Source: Candidatus Saccharimonadales bacterium
GTDB lineage: Bacteria > Patescibacteriota > Saccharimonadia > Saccharimonadales > DASZAF01
DNA: 64,000 nucleotides
Assembly (NCBI GenBank): GCA_035480055.1
Contig: DATIIB010000006.1
Coordinates: 73,209-137,208, forward strand
Direction: 5' to 3'
A model generated the notes under the pieces. It was given only the letters and a program-made list of their open reading frames with translations, was not told the DNA's origin and ran no database searches. Of the stretch, positions 44,273 through 55,666 are shown one piece after another. The position numbers and the translations under genes were made by a program. Numbering within the stretch: position 1 is the first letter of the stretch; every line of letters begins with the position of its first letter.

Positions 44273-45370
44273 ACGCGCAGTGGTTTGCAAGCATTCGTCG
44301 CAAATGCGAGGACTTGGAATCTTCCTGTGCTTTTTTCTCATGTCTTCATTTTTGTCTTGGTGATTGTGGTATTAACCACTGGCTATCAACCAAACGGTAA
44401 TCGCGCTCAAGCGAACTTGAGTAGCATCACCGCTAATAACGATAAAACTCCAACGGTTGATGAAGTGGCGTCGGTAACGATTGCGGCCTCTGTGGCCCAA
44501 AGTGCGGATTATCTGGTAGCCAACAACGTGGCTGAGCGAGCTAACTCGGTGCAGGTAAAGACCGCGCTGGCGCAATCCACCGATGCGAACTATCTGTCTA
44601 AGCCGCAGTTTGTTGACCAAGGCCAACGCCACGGCGTCACCAAGTACACAGTCAAATCTGGTGACACCGTTCCATCGGTTGCGACCAGTTTTAAACTGAC
44701 CACGCAGACCATTAAATTTTCGAACAACCTTACCTCAGATGCGCTGTCGCCTGGCCAAGAGCTGTTAATCCCGGCGGTTGATGGTATCGCCTACACGGTT
44801 AAAGCTGGTGATACCCCTGATTCTCTGGCAGCCAAATATAAGAGCGATAAAGACCGGATTGTTGCACTAAACGACGCCGAACTCGGCGGCCTGCAGCCCG
44901 GCCAATTGATTGTGATTCCTGGCGCAGTGGTTCCAGCAAATGAGCAGCCAGGCGCTTCGCGAAGCAGTAGCGTGGTGAGCTCTTCGGGCAGCTCGCTGGG
45001 AAGTGGATTTGCCTTTGGCAGCAGTCCGGTATTCGGAAGCAATGGCTATGCGTATGGGTACTGCACCTGGCACGTTGCCAACCGCCGCGCCGCTATCGGT
45101 CAACCTATTCCAAACAACTGGGGTAACGCTTCTACCTGGGCAGAAGGTGCACGTGCTATGGGTATGCGCGTTGACCACACTCCGGAGGTAGGCTCGATTA
45201 TGCAAACAGGTGGCGGATGGGGAGGCTTTGGGCACGTTGCTTTTGTTGAATCAGTGGGCGCAGATGGCACCTGGACCGTTTCGGAGATGAACTTTTCGCA
45301 CTGGGGCCCTCCTGCGACTGGCCGATCGTTTACGCCTGGCGAAGCTGGCAACTATAATTTCATCCACTAA
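44243..45370 (+). CDS. membrane-anchored peptidoglycan hydrolase: 2x LysM + C-terminal CHAP domain
   Basis: The LysM repeats are YTVKSGDTVPSVATSF...ELLIP and YTVKAGDTPDSLAAKY...LIVIPG. The CHAP region is YGYCTWHVANRR...GFGHVAFVESV. The start is uncertain: GTG 44243 overlaps the RNA candidate, and the in-frame alternatives are TTG 44285 and GTG 44327. Confidence 0.85.
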   Translation: MSKPARLNLPTRSGLQAFVANARTWNLPVLFSHVFIFVLVIVVLTTGYQPNGNRAQANLSSITANNDKTPTVDEVASVTIAASVAQSADYLVANNVAERANSVQVKTALAQSTDANYLSKPQFVDQGQRHGVTKYTVKSGDTVPSVATSFKLTTQTIKFSNNLTSDALSPGQELLIPAVDGIAYTVKAGDTPDSLAAKYKSDKDRIVALNDAELGGLQPGQLIVIPGAVVPANEQPGASRSSSVVSSSGSSLGSGFAFGSSPVFGSNGYAYGYCTWHVANRRAAIGQPIPNNWGNASTWAEGARAMGMRVDHTPEVGSIMQTGGGWGGFGHVAFVESVGADGTWTVSEMNFSHWGPPATGRSFTPGEAGNYNFIH

Positions 45371-45394
45371 AAAGTGAATATAGCGGTACTCTAG

Positions 45395-47132
<1,738 letters not shown>

Positions 47133-47144
47133 TGCTACACTAAG

Positions 47145-48572
47145 GTGGTGAAAACTACTTCAACGCCCACCTTCTTTTTTTACGACCTCGAGACGTCGGG
47201 TCTTGATCCTCGCTTACATCGTATTATGCAGTTTGCTGGCCAGCGGACCGATCTGGAGCTTCGGCCCATTGGCGAGCCAGTGAACATCTTGGTCAGTTTG
47301 AGTGATGAAGTCCTGCCTGATCCAGGCGCCATTTTGGTTACCGGTATTACGCCGCAAAAAACGCGCGAAGAAGGCTATAGCGAAGCAGAGTTCCTAAAGA
47401 TTCTGCACGACAAAGTGGTCACTCCCGGCACTACCATCGTGGGCTTTAACAGCGTCCGTTTTGATGACGAATTTATGCGCTTTGTGTTGTACCGCAACTT
47501 CTACGACCCCTATGAATGGCAGTGGAAGGACAACTGCTCGCGCTGGGATATGCTGGATGTCGTGCGTATGACTCGCGCACTGCGCCCCGAAGGTATTGAG
47601 TGGCCAGTCGATGATCAGGGCAATCCGACCAACCGCTTGGAATTAATTACCGCTCGAAATGGTTTAGCGCACGAGAACGCGCACGATGCCCTCAGCGATG
47701 TCTTTGCGTTGATTGACGTGGCGCGGCTGATCAAAACCAAGCAACCAAAACTTTTTACCTACCTTTTGGATTGCCGCACGAAGCATGCCGTGGGTGATGT
47801 GGTGAGCTTGGAAAATCCGCAGCCTTTTGTATACACTTCGGGTCGATACCCTAAAGAGCATTTGCATACCACTGTTGCCTATCCGGTAGCAGAGGGGAGC
47901 AGGCCAGGCACGGCGATTGTCTACGATCTCCGACATGACCCAAACGACTGGAAGAATGCCTCTATCGCCGAGATGAAACAAGCACGCTTTGCCACGCGAG
48001 AGCAACGTCTGGCTGAAAACTTCAAGCCGCTTCCAGCCAAAGAGCTAGCCTTTAACAAATGCCCGGCCATTGCGCCGCTCGGCGTGTTAGATGAACCTGC
48101 CCGCGAGCGGTTAGGAATTGATCTGGCAGTGATTGAGCGCAACCTGAAAACGCTGCGGACCTCTGGTCTGGCCGAACGACTCAGCGAGGTTTTTGCTCGC
48201 GATGGGGCATGGCCAAAAGCGGCAGATGTGGATGCCAGTTTGTACGATGGATTCATTGGCGATCAGGACAAAACCTTGATGAGCGCTATTCGGGCCAGCG
48301 ATGCCAAAGCGCTCATCAACTTTAAACCAGAGTTTCGCGATGCCCGGCTTACAGAACTTCTGCTTCGTTATAAGGCTCGCAACTTTCCGCAAAGTTTGTC
48401 AGACAGCGAGCGCGAAGCTTGGGAGGCCTACCGTACCGAGCGATTGCAAACCGATTTGCCAAAGTTTATTGCGCAGCTCAGCCGTATCGCCAGCCAAACT
48501 ACCGAAGAGCAACACCACTTTTTGCTCCGCGAACTCCAACTTTGGGCAGAGAGTGTCGCCCCAAGCGAATAG
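47145..48572 (+). CDS. sbcB: exodeoxyribonuclease I
   Basis: The DEDDh exonuclease motif is FFFYDLETSGLDP. The segment HDALSDV is present. The 475-aa length matches E. coli SbcB. GTG start. Confidence 0.88.
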   Translation: MVKTTSTPTFFFYDLETSGLDPRLHRIMQFAGQRTDLELRPIGEPVNILVSLSDEVLPDPGAILVTGITPQKTREEGYSEAEFLKILHDKVVTPGTTIVGFNSVRFDDEFMRFVLYRNFYDPYEWQWKDNCSRWDMLDVVRMTRALRPEGIEWPVDDQGNPTNRLELITARNGLAHENAHDALSDVFALIDVARLIKTKQPKLFTYLLDCRTKHAVGDVVSLENPQPFVYTSGRYPKEHLHTTVAYPVAEGSRPGTAIVYDLRHDPNDWKNASIAEMKQARFATREQRLAENFKPLPAKELAFNKCPAIAPLGVLDEPARERLGIDLAVIERNLKTLRTSGLAERLSEVFARDGAWPKAADVDASLYDGFIGDQDKTLMSAIRASDAKALINFKPEFRDARLTELLLRYKARNFPQSLSDSEREAWEAYRTERLQTDLPKFIAQLSRIASQTTEEQHHFLLRELQLWAESVAPSE

Positions 48573-48574
48573 CG

Positions 48575-48916
48575 CTATACTTCGATCTGCGTAAAACGGC
48601 GGCGCGCTTTTGCAGGTTTGTGGTGGGTGTGGCTGGTCATCTTGAGCGATTTAACCGGCTTTTCGTCCTTAGCTTCGGTCTGATGGTGCGAAAGTCGAAA
48701 GTCCATCAGCGGCAGCATAATCAAAATTGCCAACCCGCAGATAAGAGCGAGACCAAACATCACATACGGGCTTACCAGCAGATGCACGCCAGGCACGGCA
48801 CCAGCCGCAATAAAGTTGACCAACAATTGCAGCGGGCTGTGGCCGCTGAGGGTTAATCCTAAAATCGTCAAAATAAAGACGGTAAGTAGCCGCTTTTTCA
48901 TCATCGTTCGCTCCAC
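48575..48916 (-). CDS. small membrane protein (hypothetical, about 3 TM segments)
   Basis: 113-aa hydrophobic ORF with a basic C-terminal tail. Confidence 0.55.
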   Translation of the reverse strand: MERTMMKKRLLTVFILTILGLTLSGHSPLQLLVNFIAAGAVPGVHLLVSPYVMFGLALICGLAILIMLPLMDFRLSHHQTEAKDEKPVKSLKMTSHTHHKPAKARRRFTQIEV

Positions 48917-48974
48917 GTATTCCTTTTACTCCATTCTTGAATATAATGGCCAAAATTGCAAGAGTATCGTGAAA

Positions 48975-49238
48975 CTATTTTTTACGTAAGCGCTTTGCGC
49001 GCTTTTTTGCAGCCAGCGCGGCCCGGATAAGGCGGTTTTGGGTGGTAATTTTGAGACGCATCGCCAGCTCAAACTCGGTGGCTAAAATCGCCAGGCCCAC
49101 AAACACGATTGCCCAGCCAGGACCGGGCAAGGGAATCAAGATAATCCCGACAATCACAATCAGGCCGCCCACAGCAAAGATGAACGGTTTACGGATGAGT
49201 GGAGGTGTTCGGCGCCATATATCTTTGAGACCTCTCAT
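48975..49238 (-). CDS. PGPGW-domain small membrane protein
   Basis: Contains ILIPLPGPGWAIVFVGLAILATEF. Confidence 0.7.
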   Translation of the reverse strand: MRGLKDIWRRTPPLIRKPFIFAVGGLIVIVGIILIPLPGPGWAIVFVGLAILATEFELAMRLKITTQNRLIRAALAAKKRAKRLRKK

Positions 49239-49254
49239 ACTTTTAGTATACGCG

Positions 49255-50100
49255 CTATAGGTCGGCCAACTCTTCTAAAGTATTATGTGGCGCGTAACTT
49301 CCGAGTATCCGGATGACACAGCCAAGGCGCGTGATCTCTTCGACTGCTTGGGTAAAGTCCGGACGAGCCGCAGAAGCATCGATATCAATGTAGAATTGGT
49401 ACTTGCCTGGTTTGCCAATAATAGGGCGGGAGATAAGCATGCTCAGATTTAGCTGATGCTTGGCAAAAATTCCCAGAACTTCGTGCAATGCACCGGTGTG
49501 GCTTTGGAATTGTAACAGTAGCGTTGTCTTGGAAGCATTTGGCGGAATGTGGTGCGTGCGGCTGAGCAGAGCAAAACGGGTGTAGTTATGGTGATTTGTT
49601 TCAATATGGTCGGCAAGCACTGGAAGCTTATAGTGAGCTGCAGCAAAAGCACTGGCAATCGCGGCGTTGTGCGGATTTTGCCAGGCCTTGATATCGGCAA
49701 CCGCACCAGCAGTGTCAGGATGGACGTGCCGCGCGGCTCTTGGAAGGTGTTGATCGAGATATTCTCGGCATTGGCTCAGTGCCGCAAAGTGCGTGTAGAC
49801 GTCGGTAATGTCTTCTGGAGTGGCGCCTGGCAAGCCTACCAAGCATTGCTCGATGTGCAGATATTGTTCGCCAGCAATCCATAAATGATGCGCGTCCAAC
49901 AGATCATATGATTCATTGATCGCCCCATGAATGGAGTTTTCAACCGCAACCACCGCATAGTCTGCCTGCTTTGCAGCAAGCGCGTCAAAGGTCTCGGTAA
50001 AAGTGTCAAAGCCGATAGTCGCAATTTTTTGGCCACCAAAAAACAGCCGAGCAGCTTGGTCGTGAAACGAGGCGGGTTGGCCTTGGATTGCAACTTTCAT
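49255..50100 (-). CDS. pheA: prephenate dehydratase (PDT + ACT domains)
   Basis: The N-terminus is MKVAIQGQPASFHDQAA. The segment NYTRFALLS is present. The ACT-like C-terminus is TTLLLQFQSHTGALHEVLGIFAKHQLNLSMLISRP. Confidence 0.88.
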   Translation of the reverse strand: MKVAIQGQPASFHDQAARLFFGGQKIATIGFDTFTETFDALAAKQADYAVVAVENSIHGAINESYDLLDAHHLWIAGEQYLHIEQCLVGLPGATPEDITDVYTHFAALSQCREYLDQHLPRAARHVHPDTAGAVADIKAWQNPHNAAIASAFAAAHYKLPVLADHIETNHHNYTRFALLSRTHHIPPNASKTTLLLQFQSHTGALHEVLGIFAKHQLNLSMLISRPIIGKPGKYQFYIDIDASAARPDFTQAVEEITRLGCVIRILGSYAPHNTLEELADL

Positions 50101-50160
50101 CAGTCAGTATAGTGCTGGGAAGTGAGGATAAAGTCAAATGCTGTTCTTGCAAAAGGCAGT

Positions 50161-51543
50161 TTACCCAGCCATGAGTGATTCAAAAGCTGTCCTAAAAGTG
50201 AGCTGAACCTTGAGGGCATTTATTCCGACAGATTGTGTTTGGTCGGCAAGGTCTTCGCCCACACGGCTGAGAAGTTGTTCGCAGCTGGCATCGTTGAGAT
50301 AATTCACTAGTTTCTTGGCGATCCGTGGTGCTTCCCACTGCTTCTCTTGACTGACAGAGACACTCCAAGTAGACATGTACGATTCTAGTAACGCTCTGTC
50401 AGTGTACGCTGCTGCCCCCTCCGCGTCCCCATCGATTGTCGCCTGCACTGCGCGGGCAAATGAAGAAAGGTGTGGAGTGACTTCCTGGGCGACCGATTTC
50501 GTCCCACTCGTGACTTCTTGGCCGAGACCGGCAAGTGCCCTGTAGCGACTGGCGGCGGCAACTATACCAATTGTGGTTTCGGTTTCTTGAGCGCCGTAAT
50601 CTGCGGCTATCTCTTGGACCTGTTGCTGCATCAGAGTATCTCTTACTCGAGTGGCTTCAGCCTGTTTGTGGACTGCCTCTTTAAGCGCCACTCGTGCTTG
50701 CGGCACTGGCGCAAGCTGTCTGACGGTCTGCATGCATTCCTCAATAGTTGCATGAGTCTCTTGAACTGCAGTTGGATAGCGAGGATCATCTTCGCTCATA
50801 TCAGCGAATCGTACTGCTTTACCAGTCGCTCTTAAATGAGCGAGGACACCTGCTGGGCTCCATTCTTGCTGATCCTTTGCGCTCGCAAACAAGTCTTCGT
50901 ATTCTTCAGCATTCGCACCTACGGCAAGTGCGTCGGTATAGTTTGCTTCGGATTTGCGACGCTCCTCTTCGGTGCGGCCAACCGCTTCAAGTATGACTAC
51001 CTCGCAGTCTTTAAGGCTCTCAGCCACTGCTGCGTAGTTGTCCGGCGTAGGTTCAACAAGTGTGATGAGCACGTCCGCATTGCCAACCTGGCGGTGCGCT
51101 TCAACTAAGAGTGGTGAAAGGTCTTCGGGCTGTGCCTCAGAAGATTTTCCTGAATCATTTGATTCTGGATCACGATCCCCATCCCCATCTTCATCACCGC
51201 CTTCGGCGACATTTCCACTATCTTCAGGTGGCTTTTGGCCGCTTCCGCTCCCTGTGTCGGTAGGGTCAGGTGTTTCTTCTGGTTGTTCTCCCGCATCGGG
51301 TTGAGGTGTCGGCGACCGATCAAATACTGAGGCCGGAGTATCTGGCGTCTCTGAGTCGTCTGACGGTGCAGCCTCTAGTATTCTCTCTGGCGACCAAGCA
51401 GTAGCCTGCAAAGTAGCCGCTAGCTCAGCCTGTTCATCTTCAACTGTTGGTTGCGCCGCGCCGCGGTCACTATCGGGAGTCCTATTTGGAGCAGAAGATG
51501 GTTCATCGTTTTCGGGTGGTATGTAAGATTCGAGCATAAGCAT
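50161..51543 (-). CDS. hypothetical protein with a long acidic disordered N-terminal region
   Basis: 460-aa ORF. The first roughly 135 aa are rich in D/E/P/S/T. The remainder is predicted helical. No known motif was recognised. Confidence 0.6.
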   Translation of the reverse strand: MLMLESYIPPENDEPSSAPNRTPDSDRGAAQPTVEDEQAELAATLQATAWSPERILEAAPSDDSETPDTPASVFDRSPTPQPDAGEQPEETPDPTDTGSGSGQKPPEDSGNVAEGGDEDGDGDRDPESNDSGKSSEAQPEDLSPLLVEAHRQVGNADVLITLVEPTPDNYAAVAESLKDCEVVILEAVGRTEEERRKSEANYTDALAVGANAEEYEDLFASAKDQQEWSPAGVLAHLRATGKAVRFADMSEDDPRYPTAVQETHATIEECMQTVRQLAPVPQARVALKEAVHKQAEATRVRDTLMQQQVQEIAADYGAQETETTIGIVAAASRYRALAGLGQEVTSGTKSVAQEVTPHLSSFARAVQATIDGDAEGAAAYTDRALLESYMSTWSVSVSQEKQWEAPRIAKKLVNYLNDASCEQLLSRVGEDLADQTQSVGINALKVQLTFRTAFESLMAG

Positions 51544-51629
51544 ACATTATGCAATAAAGTACGGAAGAGGTCTAGGCCCATGTTTGCCTACTCGCATAAA
51601 TGTAACAAACATTGTAAAATAGATGGGTT

Positions 51630-54443
51630 ATGGCAGATGAGATAGTTGTTCGAGGTGCCCGGGAACATAACCTTCAAGATGTCGACGTGGCAATTCCGCG
51701 CGAAAAATTAGTGGTTATCACAGGGCTAAGCGGCTCGGGAAAGTCGAGTTTAGCTTTTGATACCATTTATGCCGAAGGCCAGCGCCGGTATGTGGAAAGC
51801 CTCAGCAGCTATGCTCGCCAATTCTTGGGACTCATGGAAAAGCCAGATGTCGACCAGATTGATGGCCTGAGCCCGGCGATTAGCATTGATCAAAAGTCGA
51901 CCAGCCGCAATCCGCGTTCAACCGTGGCCACGGTGACCGAAATTTACGACTATCTGCGATTACTTTTTGCGCGTATTGGCGTGCCGCACTGTCCAATTTG
52001 TGGCAAACCGGTGCAGCGTCTGACCATCCAACAGATTGTTGACAAGGTGATGCAACTTCCCGAAGCCGCCCGTTTGATGATCCTGGCGCCAGTGGTCGTG
52101 GACAAAAAAGGTGAGTTTGCGCATATTCCGGCACAGTATCGCAAAGCAGGCTTTGCCCGCGTGCGTGTGGACGGCGTGATCTATACGTTGGAAGAATTTC
52201 CTGACCTGGACAAAAAATACAAACACAGCATTGATGTAGTTGTTGACCGTGTCGTTAACGAAGCAGCAAACCAAACGCGCATCGCCCAGTCCATTGAGCA
52301 AGCGCTGGATGTAGGTGATGGCGTGGTGACCGTCATTAATGCTGATACCGAAGAAGAAAAACTGTTTTCACAACGCTACGCCTGCGTTGACCATCCTGAT
52401 ATTGCAATTCCCGAACTCCAACCGCGCCTCTTTAGCTTTAACTCGCCGCATGGAGCATGTCCAGTCTGCACCGGTTTGGGCACTCGGCTGGAAGTTGACC
52501 CCGAGATGATTCTTAACCCCAACCTGACGATTGCAGAGGGCGCAATTCGTCCATGGAATCGCATGCGCTACGACACATGGTACATGAAAAAGGTGGCGGT
52601 GATGGCTAGCGAGCAAGGGTTTGACACCAATACGCCGCTTAAAAATCTCAACGAAACGCAGCTGCAGGCTTTGCTGTATGGCACGGGCGCGCGTAGTTAC
52701 AAGATTCCACTCAGCTTGGGGCGTTCGTTTGACGCAACATTCGAAGGTATTATTCCCAACATGGAGCGCCGCTACAAAGAATCCGAGAGCGATTTTGTGC
52801 GCCGCGATATCGAACGCTACATGCGGGAGCGTCAGTGTGGCACCTGCAAAGGCGCCCGGCTCAAGCCCGAAGCGCTGGCGGTGACGGTACATGATTTTTC
52901 GATCATGGATGTGGCCCGTTTGTCGGTAAAAGATGCGGTAGAATATTTTGCCCACATTCAACTGACCGATAAAGAGCAGTTTATTGCCAAGCAGATTTTC
53001 CGAGAGATTACGGCCCGCTTGAGCTTTTTGCAAGACGTTGGTTTGGATTACCTGGAGCTGGCCCGCAGCGCGAACACTCTGAGTGGTGGCGAAGCGCAGC
53101 GCATTCGACTGGCTACCCAGATCGGTTCTGGCCTGATGGGCGTGCTGTACGTCTTGGACGAACCAAGCATTGGCTTGCACCAACGCGACAATGCTCGGCT
53201 TATCGCTACCCTGAAGCATCTGCGCGACCTGGGTAACACCGTGATCGTGGTAGAGCACGATGAAGAAACCATCGAAAGCGCTGATCACCTCATCGACATT
53301 GGTCCCGGCGCGGGCGTCCATGGTGGTAAGGTAGTTGCTCAGGGTACACCGGCCGAAGTAGCCAAAGACCCCAAGAGCATCACGGGTAAATACTTAGCGG
53401 GTACGGAAAAAATCGCTGTTCCCAAAAAGCGTCGCAAAGGTAACGGCAAACAATTGGTTATCAGAAATGCCCGCGAGCACAATCTGCACAATTTGGATGT
53501 CACGCTTCCGCTTGGCAAGCTGGTCGTCGTTTCGGGCGTGTCCGGTTCGGGCAAGTCAACGTTGGTGAATGACATCCTTGCCAAAGAACTCGCCCGCCGT
53601 TTACATCGAGCTGGTGAAGTAGCTGGGCATCATGACGATATTGAAGGTATTTCTCATCTTGATAAAGTGATTGTCATCGACCAATCGCCCATCGGTCGCA
53701 CGCCTCGTTCTAACCCCGCGACCTATACGGGAGTCTTTACCCCGGTGCGCGAATTATTCGCCAACACGTCCGAGGCTCAAGTCCGCGGTTACAAGGCTGG
53801 ACGCTTTAGCTTCAACGTCAAGGGCGGCCGTTGCGAGAATTGCCAAGGCGATGGGATCATTAAGATTGAAATGCATTTTTTGCCCGACGTGTACGTGCAG
53901 TGCGAAGAGTGCAAGGGCCAACGCTATAACCGTGAGGCGCTCGAGATTCATTACAAGGGCAAAACGATCGCCGACGTGTTGCAAATGACGGTTGAGCAAG
54001 CGGTGACTTTTTTTGAGAACATCCCGAGCATTGCTCGCAAAATGCAGACCCTCCAAGACGTCGGCTTGGGATATATTAAACTTGGCCAGCCTGCCACAAC
54101 TTTGAGTGGTGGCGAAGCGCAGCGCATCAAACTGGCCAGCGAGCTGAGTCGGCGGGCAACTGGCAAGACACTCTATATTTTGGATGAGCCTACCACCGGC
54201 CTCCACAGCGCGGATGTGAAAAAACTGCTCCACGTCTTGCAAGCGCTGGTTGATACCGGCAATAGTATGGTGATCATCGAGCACAACTTAGACGTTATTA
54301 AGAGCGCCGATTGGCTCATCGATATGGGTCCCGAAGGCGGCGAGGGCGGCGGCCAAGTGGTCGCGGAGGGCACACCAGAAGCGGTAGCTAAAAGCAAAGC
54401 CTCGTACACAGGCCACTACTTACAAAAACTGCTCAACAAGTAA
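51630..54443 (+). CDS. uvrA: excinuclease ABC subunit UvrA
   Basis: There are two ABC ATPase modules, [12 protein letters not shown] and [11 protein letters not shown], each with LSGGE(A)QRI. The zinc-finger cysteines are [14 protein letters not shown] and CENCQGDG...CEECKG. Confidence 0.97.
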   Translation: MADEIVVRGAREHNLQDVDVAIPREKLVVITGLSGSGKSSLAFDTIYAEGQRRYVESLSSYARQFLGLMEKPDVDQIDGLSPAISIDQKSTSRNPRSTVATVTEIYDYLRLLFARIGVPHCPICGKPVQRLTIQQIVDKVMQLPEAARLMILAPVVVDKKGEFAHIPAQYRKAGFARVRVDGVIYTLEEFPDLDKKYKHSIDVVVDRVVNEAANQTRIAQSIEQALDVGDGVVTVINADTEEEKLFSQRYACVDHPDIAIPELQPRLFSFNSPHGACPVCTGLGTRLEVDPEMILNPNLTIAEGAIRPWNRMRYDTWYMKKVAVMASEQGFDTNTPLKNLNETQLQALLYGTGARSYKIPLSLGRSFDATFEGIIPNMERRYKESESDFVRRDIERYMRERQCGTCKGARLKPEALAVTVHDFSIMDVARLSVKDAVEYFAHIQLTDKEQFIAKQIFREITARLSFLQDVGLDYLELARSANTLSGGEAQRIRLATQIGSGLMGVLYVLDEPSIGLHQRDNARLIATLKHLRDLGNTVIVVEHDEETIESADHLIDIGPGAGVHGGKVVAQGTPAEVAKDPKSITGKYLAGTEKIAVPKKRRKGNGKQLVIRNAREHNLHNLDVTLPLGKLVVVSGVSGSGKSTLVNDILAKELARRLHRAGEVAGHHDDIEGISHLDKVIVIDQSPIGRTPRSNPATYTGVFTPVRELFANTSEAQVRGYKAGRFSFNVKGGRCENCQGDGIIKIEMHFLPDVYVQCEECKGQRYNREALEIHYKGKTIADVLQMTVEQAVTFFENIPSIARKMQTLQDVGLGYIKLGQPATTLSGGEAQRIKLASELSRRATGKTLYILDEPTTGLHSADVKKLLHVLQALVDTGNSMVIIEHNLDVIKSADWLIDMGPEGGEGGGQVVAEGTPEAVAKSKASYTGHYLQKLLNK

Positions 54444-54995
54444 TTACTTTGTGGCGTACTCGAGGTGGGGCGCGCCCAGCTCACTCTTGGCTTGTTCAAG
54501 TAGGCGGCGAAAGGATGCTTTGACTCGCGAGCTAATGAGCGTGAGTTCGTGCGCACTTAGGGAATAATCCTGCTGGCTAAGGTTCTTGAGAATAAAATTG
54601 AGCTCTGCAGCTTCCAGCTTTGGCAAATTGGCAATGGTCATGTCTTTTATGTGCGCCACGATCACTTCGCGAGTAAAGGCATCCACCTCTGGGTGAAAGA
54701 TCGGCTTTTTAACCAGAACGATTGGTTTAGATTTAGCCATCGCATGCAAAATCTGTAGCGCCAGTGCGGCAGTAATCTCGCCATCCTCGTTCCATACAAT
54801 ATGAAATGAACTGCGGCTGATCGAATCGTAGAAGTGCAGTTCGCTTTCGTAAGCCGCCCAAGGGCTGGAAGATGTTGATATGTCGATTGGATCGGTGACG
54901 GCAATGTCGAGCTCGTGTAGTTGGGAAGTACACGCGATTAAAGAACTTTTTCTGGTGTGCGGCTGGCTACCAATTTGAGTGAGTGGACGCTGCAT
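54444..54995 (-). CDS. hypothetical protein, NDT-like fold with Gln in place of the catalytic Glu
   Basis: The segment FYDSISRSSFHIVWNEDGEITAALALQILHAMAKSKPIVLVKKP aligns by eye with the NDT-like cores of 6040..7287 and 55132..55659. A helical C-terminal extension follows. Confidence 0.5.
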   Translation of the reverse strand: MQRPLTQIGSQPHTRKSSLIACTSQLHELDIAVTDPIDISTSSSPWAAYESELHFYDSISRSSFHIVWNEDGEITAALALQILHAMAKSKPIVLVKKPIFHPEVDAFTREVIVAHIKDMTIANLPKLEAAELNFILKNLSQQDYSLSAHELTLISSRVKASFRRLLEQAKSELGAPHLEYATK

Positions 54996-55031
54996 TATGG
55001 TTCCTCGCTATATAACTTTTTACAACTATCT

Positions 55032-55053
55032 ATACACACATCATACACACATC
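55032..55053. repeat. perfect 11-bp tandem direct repeat ATACACACATC x2 (candidate operator)
   Basis: The two copies lie at 55032-55042 and 55043-55053. They are flanked by TATAACTTT at 55011-55019 and 55058-55066, in a divergent intergenic region next to an RHH-domain gene. Confidence 0.55.
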
Positions 55054-55131
55054 TTTTTATAACTTTCAATGCTTATTTTTGGCTACCTCTGGGCGACAAG
55101 AGAGGGATATGGTAAAATAAAAGTACTGAAT

Positions 55132-55659
55132 ATGCGAGTTCACTTTATAACCTCACGACCTACTGCAGAAAAGAATACTCCTTTTCTAGAACTGGTGTTA
55201 CGTACAATCGAAGCCTCTGGTCATGTGTTTGCCAACACCACTGCGGGCACGGGCACGTCGCGCAAAGCACCAACCGATATTGAGGCTATCGCCAAGTCAG
55301 ACGCCGTGATCGCCGAAGTGAGCCAAGAGAGTTTTGAAGTTGGCTATTTGTGCGCAGTGGCAGTGCAACAAAAGAAGCCGCTGCTGCTATTGAATAACCA
55401 GCCAGCCGCAGGTGATACTTTTATGGAAGGGCTTACCGAAGCGTGGGTGGCTCGTTTCTCCTACGCAAACGATGACGAAGCGGTCGGGGCGATACAGCAA
55501 TTCTTAAACGACAATGATATCGCCACCAAAGATATGCGCTTTAACTTTTTCATTGACCGCCAAATTTATAACTACCTGCGCAGTGCTGCCTTCAAAACCG
55601 GCAAGACCAAAGCCGAAATTCTTCGTGAACTTGTCCAACGCGAGATTGAAAAACTATAA
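55132..55659 (+). CDS. NDT-like domain protein fused to a C-terminal ribbon-helix-helix domain
   Basis: The start is placed at MRVHFITS (ATG 55132), after TGGTAAAAT at 55110-55118. The core is IAKSDAVIAEVSQESFEVGYLCAVAVQQKKPLLLL. The C-terminus is RFNFFIDRQIYNYLRSAAFKTGKTKAEILRELVQREIEKL. Confidence 0.6.
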   Translation: MRVHFITSRPTAEKNTPFLELVLRTIEASGHVFANTTAGTGTSRKAPTDIEAIAKSDAVIAEVSQESFEVGYLCAVAVQQKKPLLLLNNQPAAGDTFMEGLTEAWVARFSYANDDEAVGAIQQFLNDNDIATKDMRFNFFIDRQIYNYLRSAAFKTGKTKAEILRELVQREIEKL

Positions 55660-55666
55660 ACCAGCG

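Noticed and set aside
52368-53321. 317-aa ORF antisense to uvrA
   Set aside because: It is a shadow ORF within uvrA.
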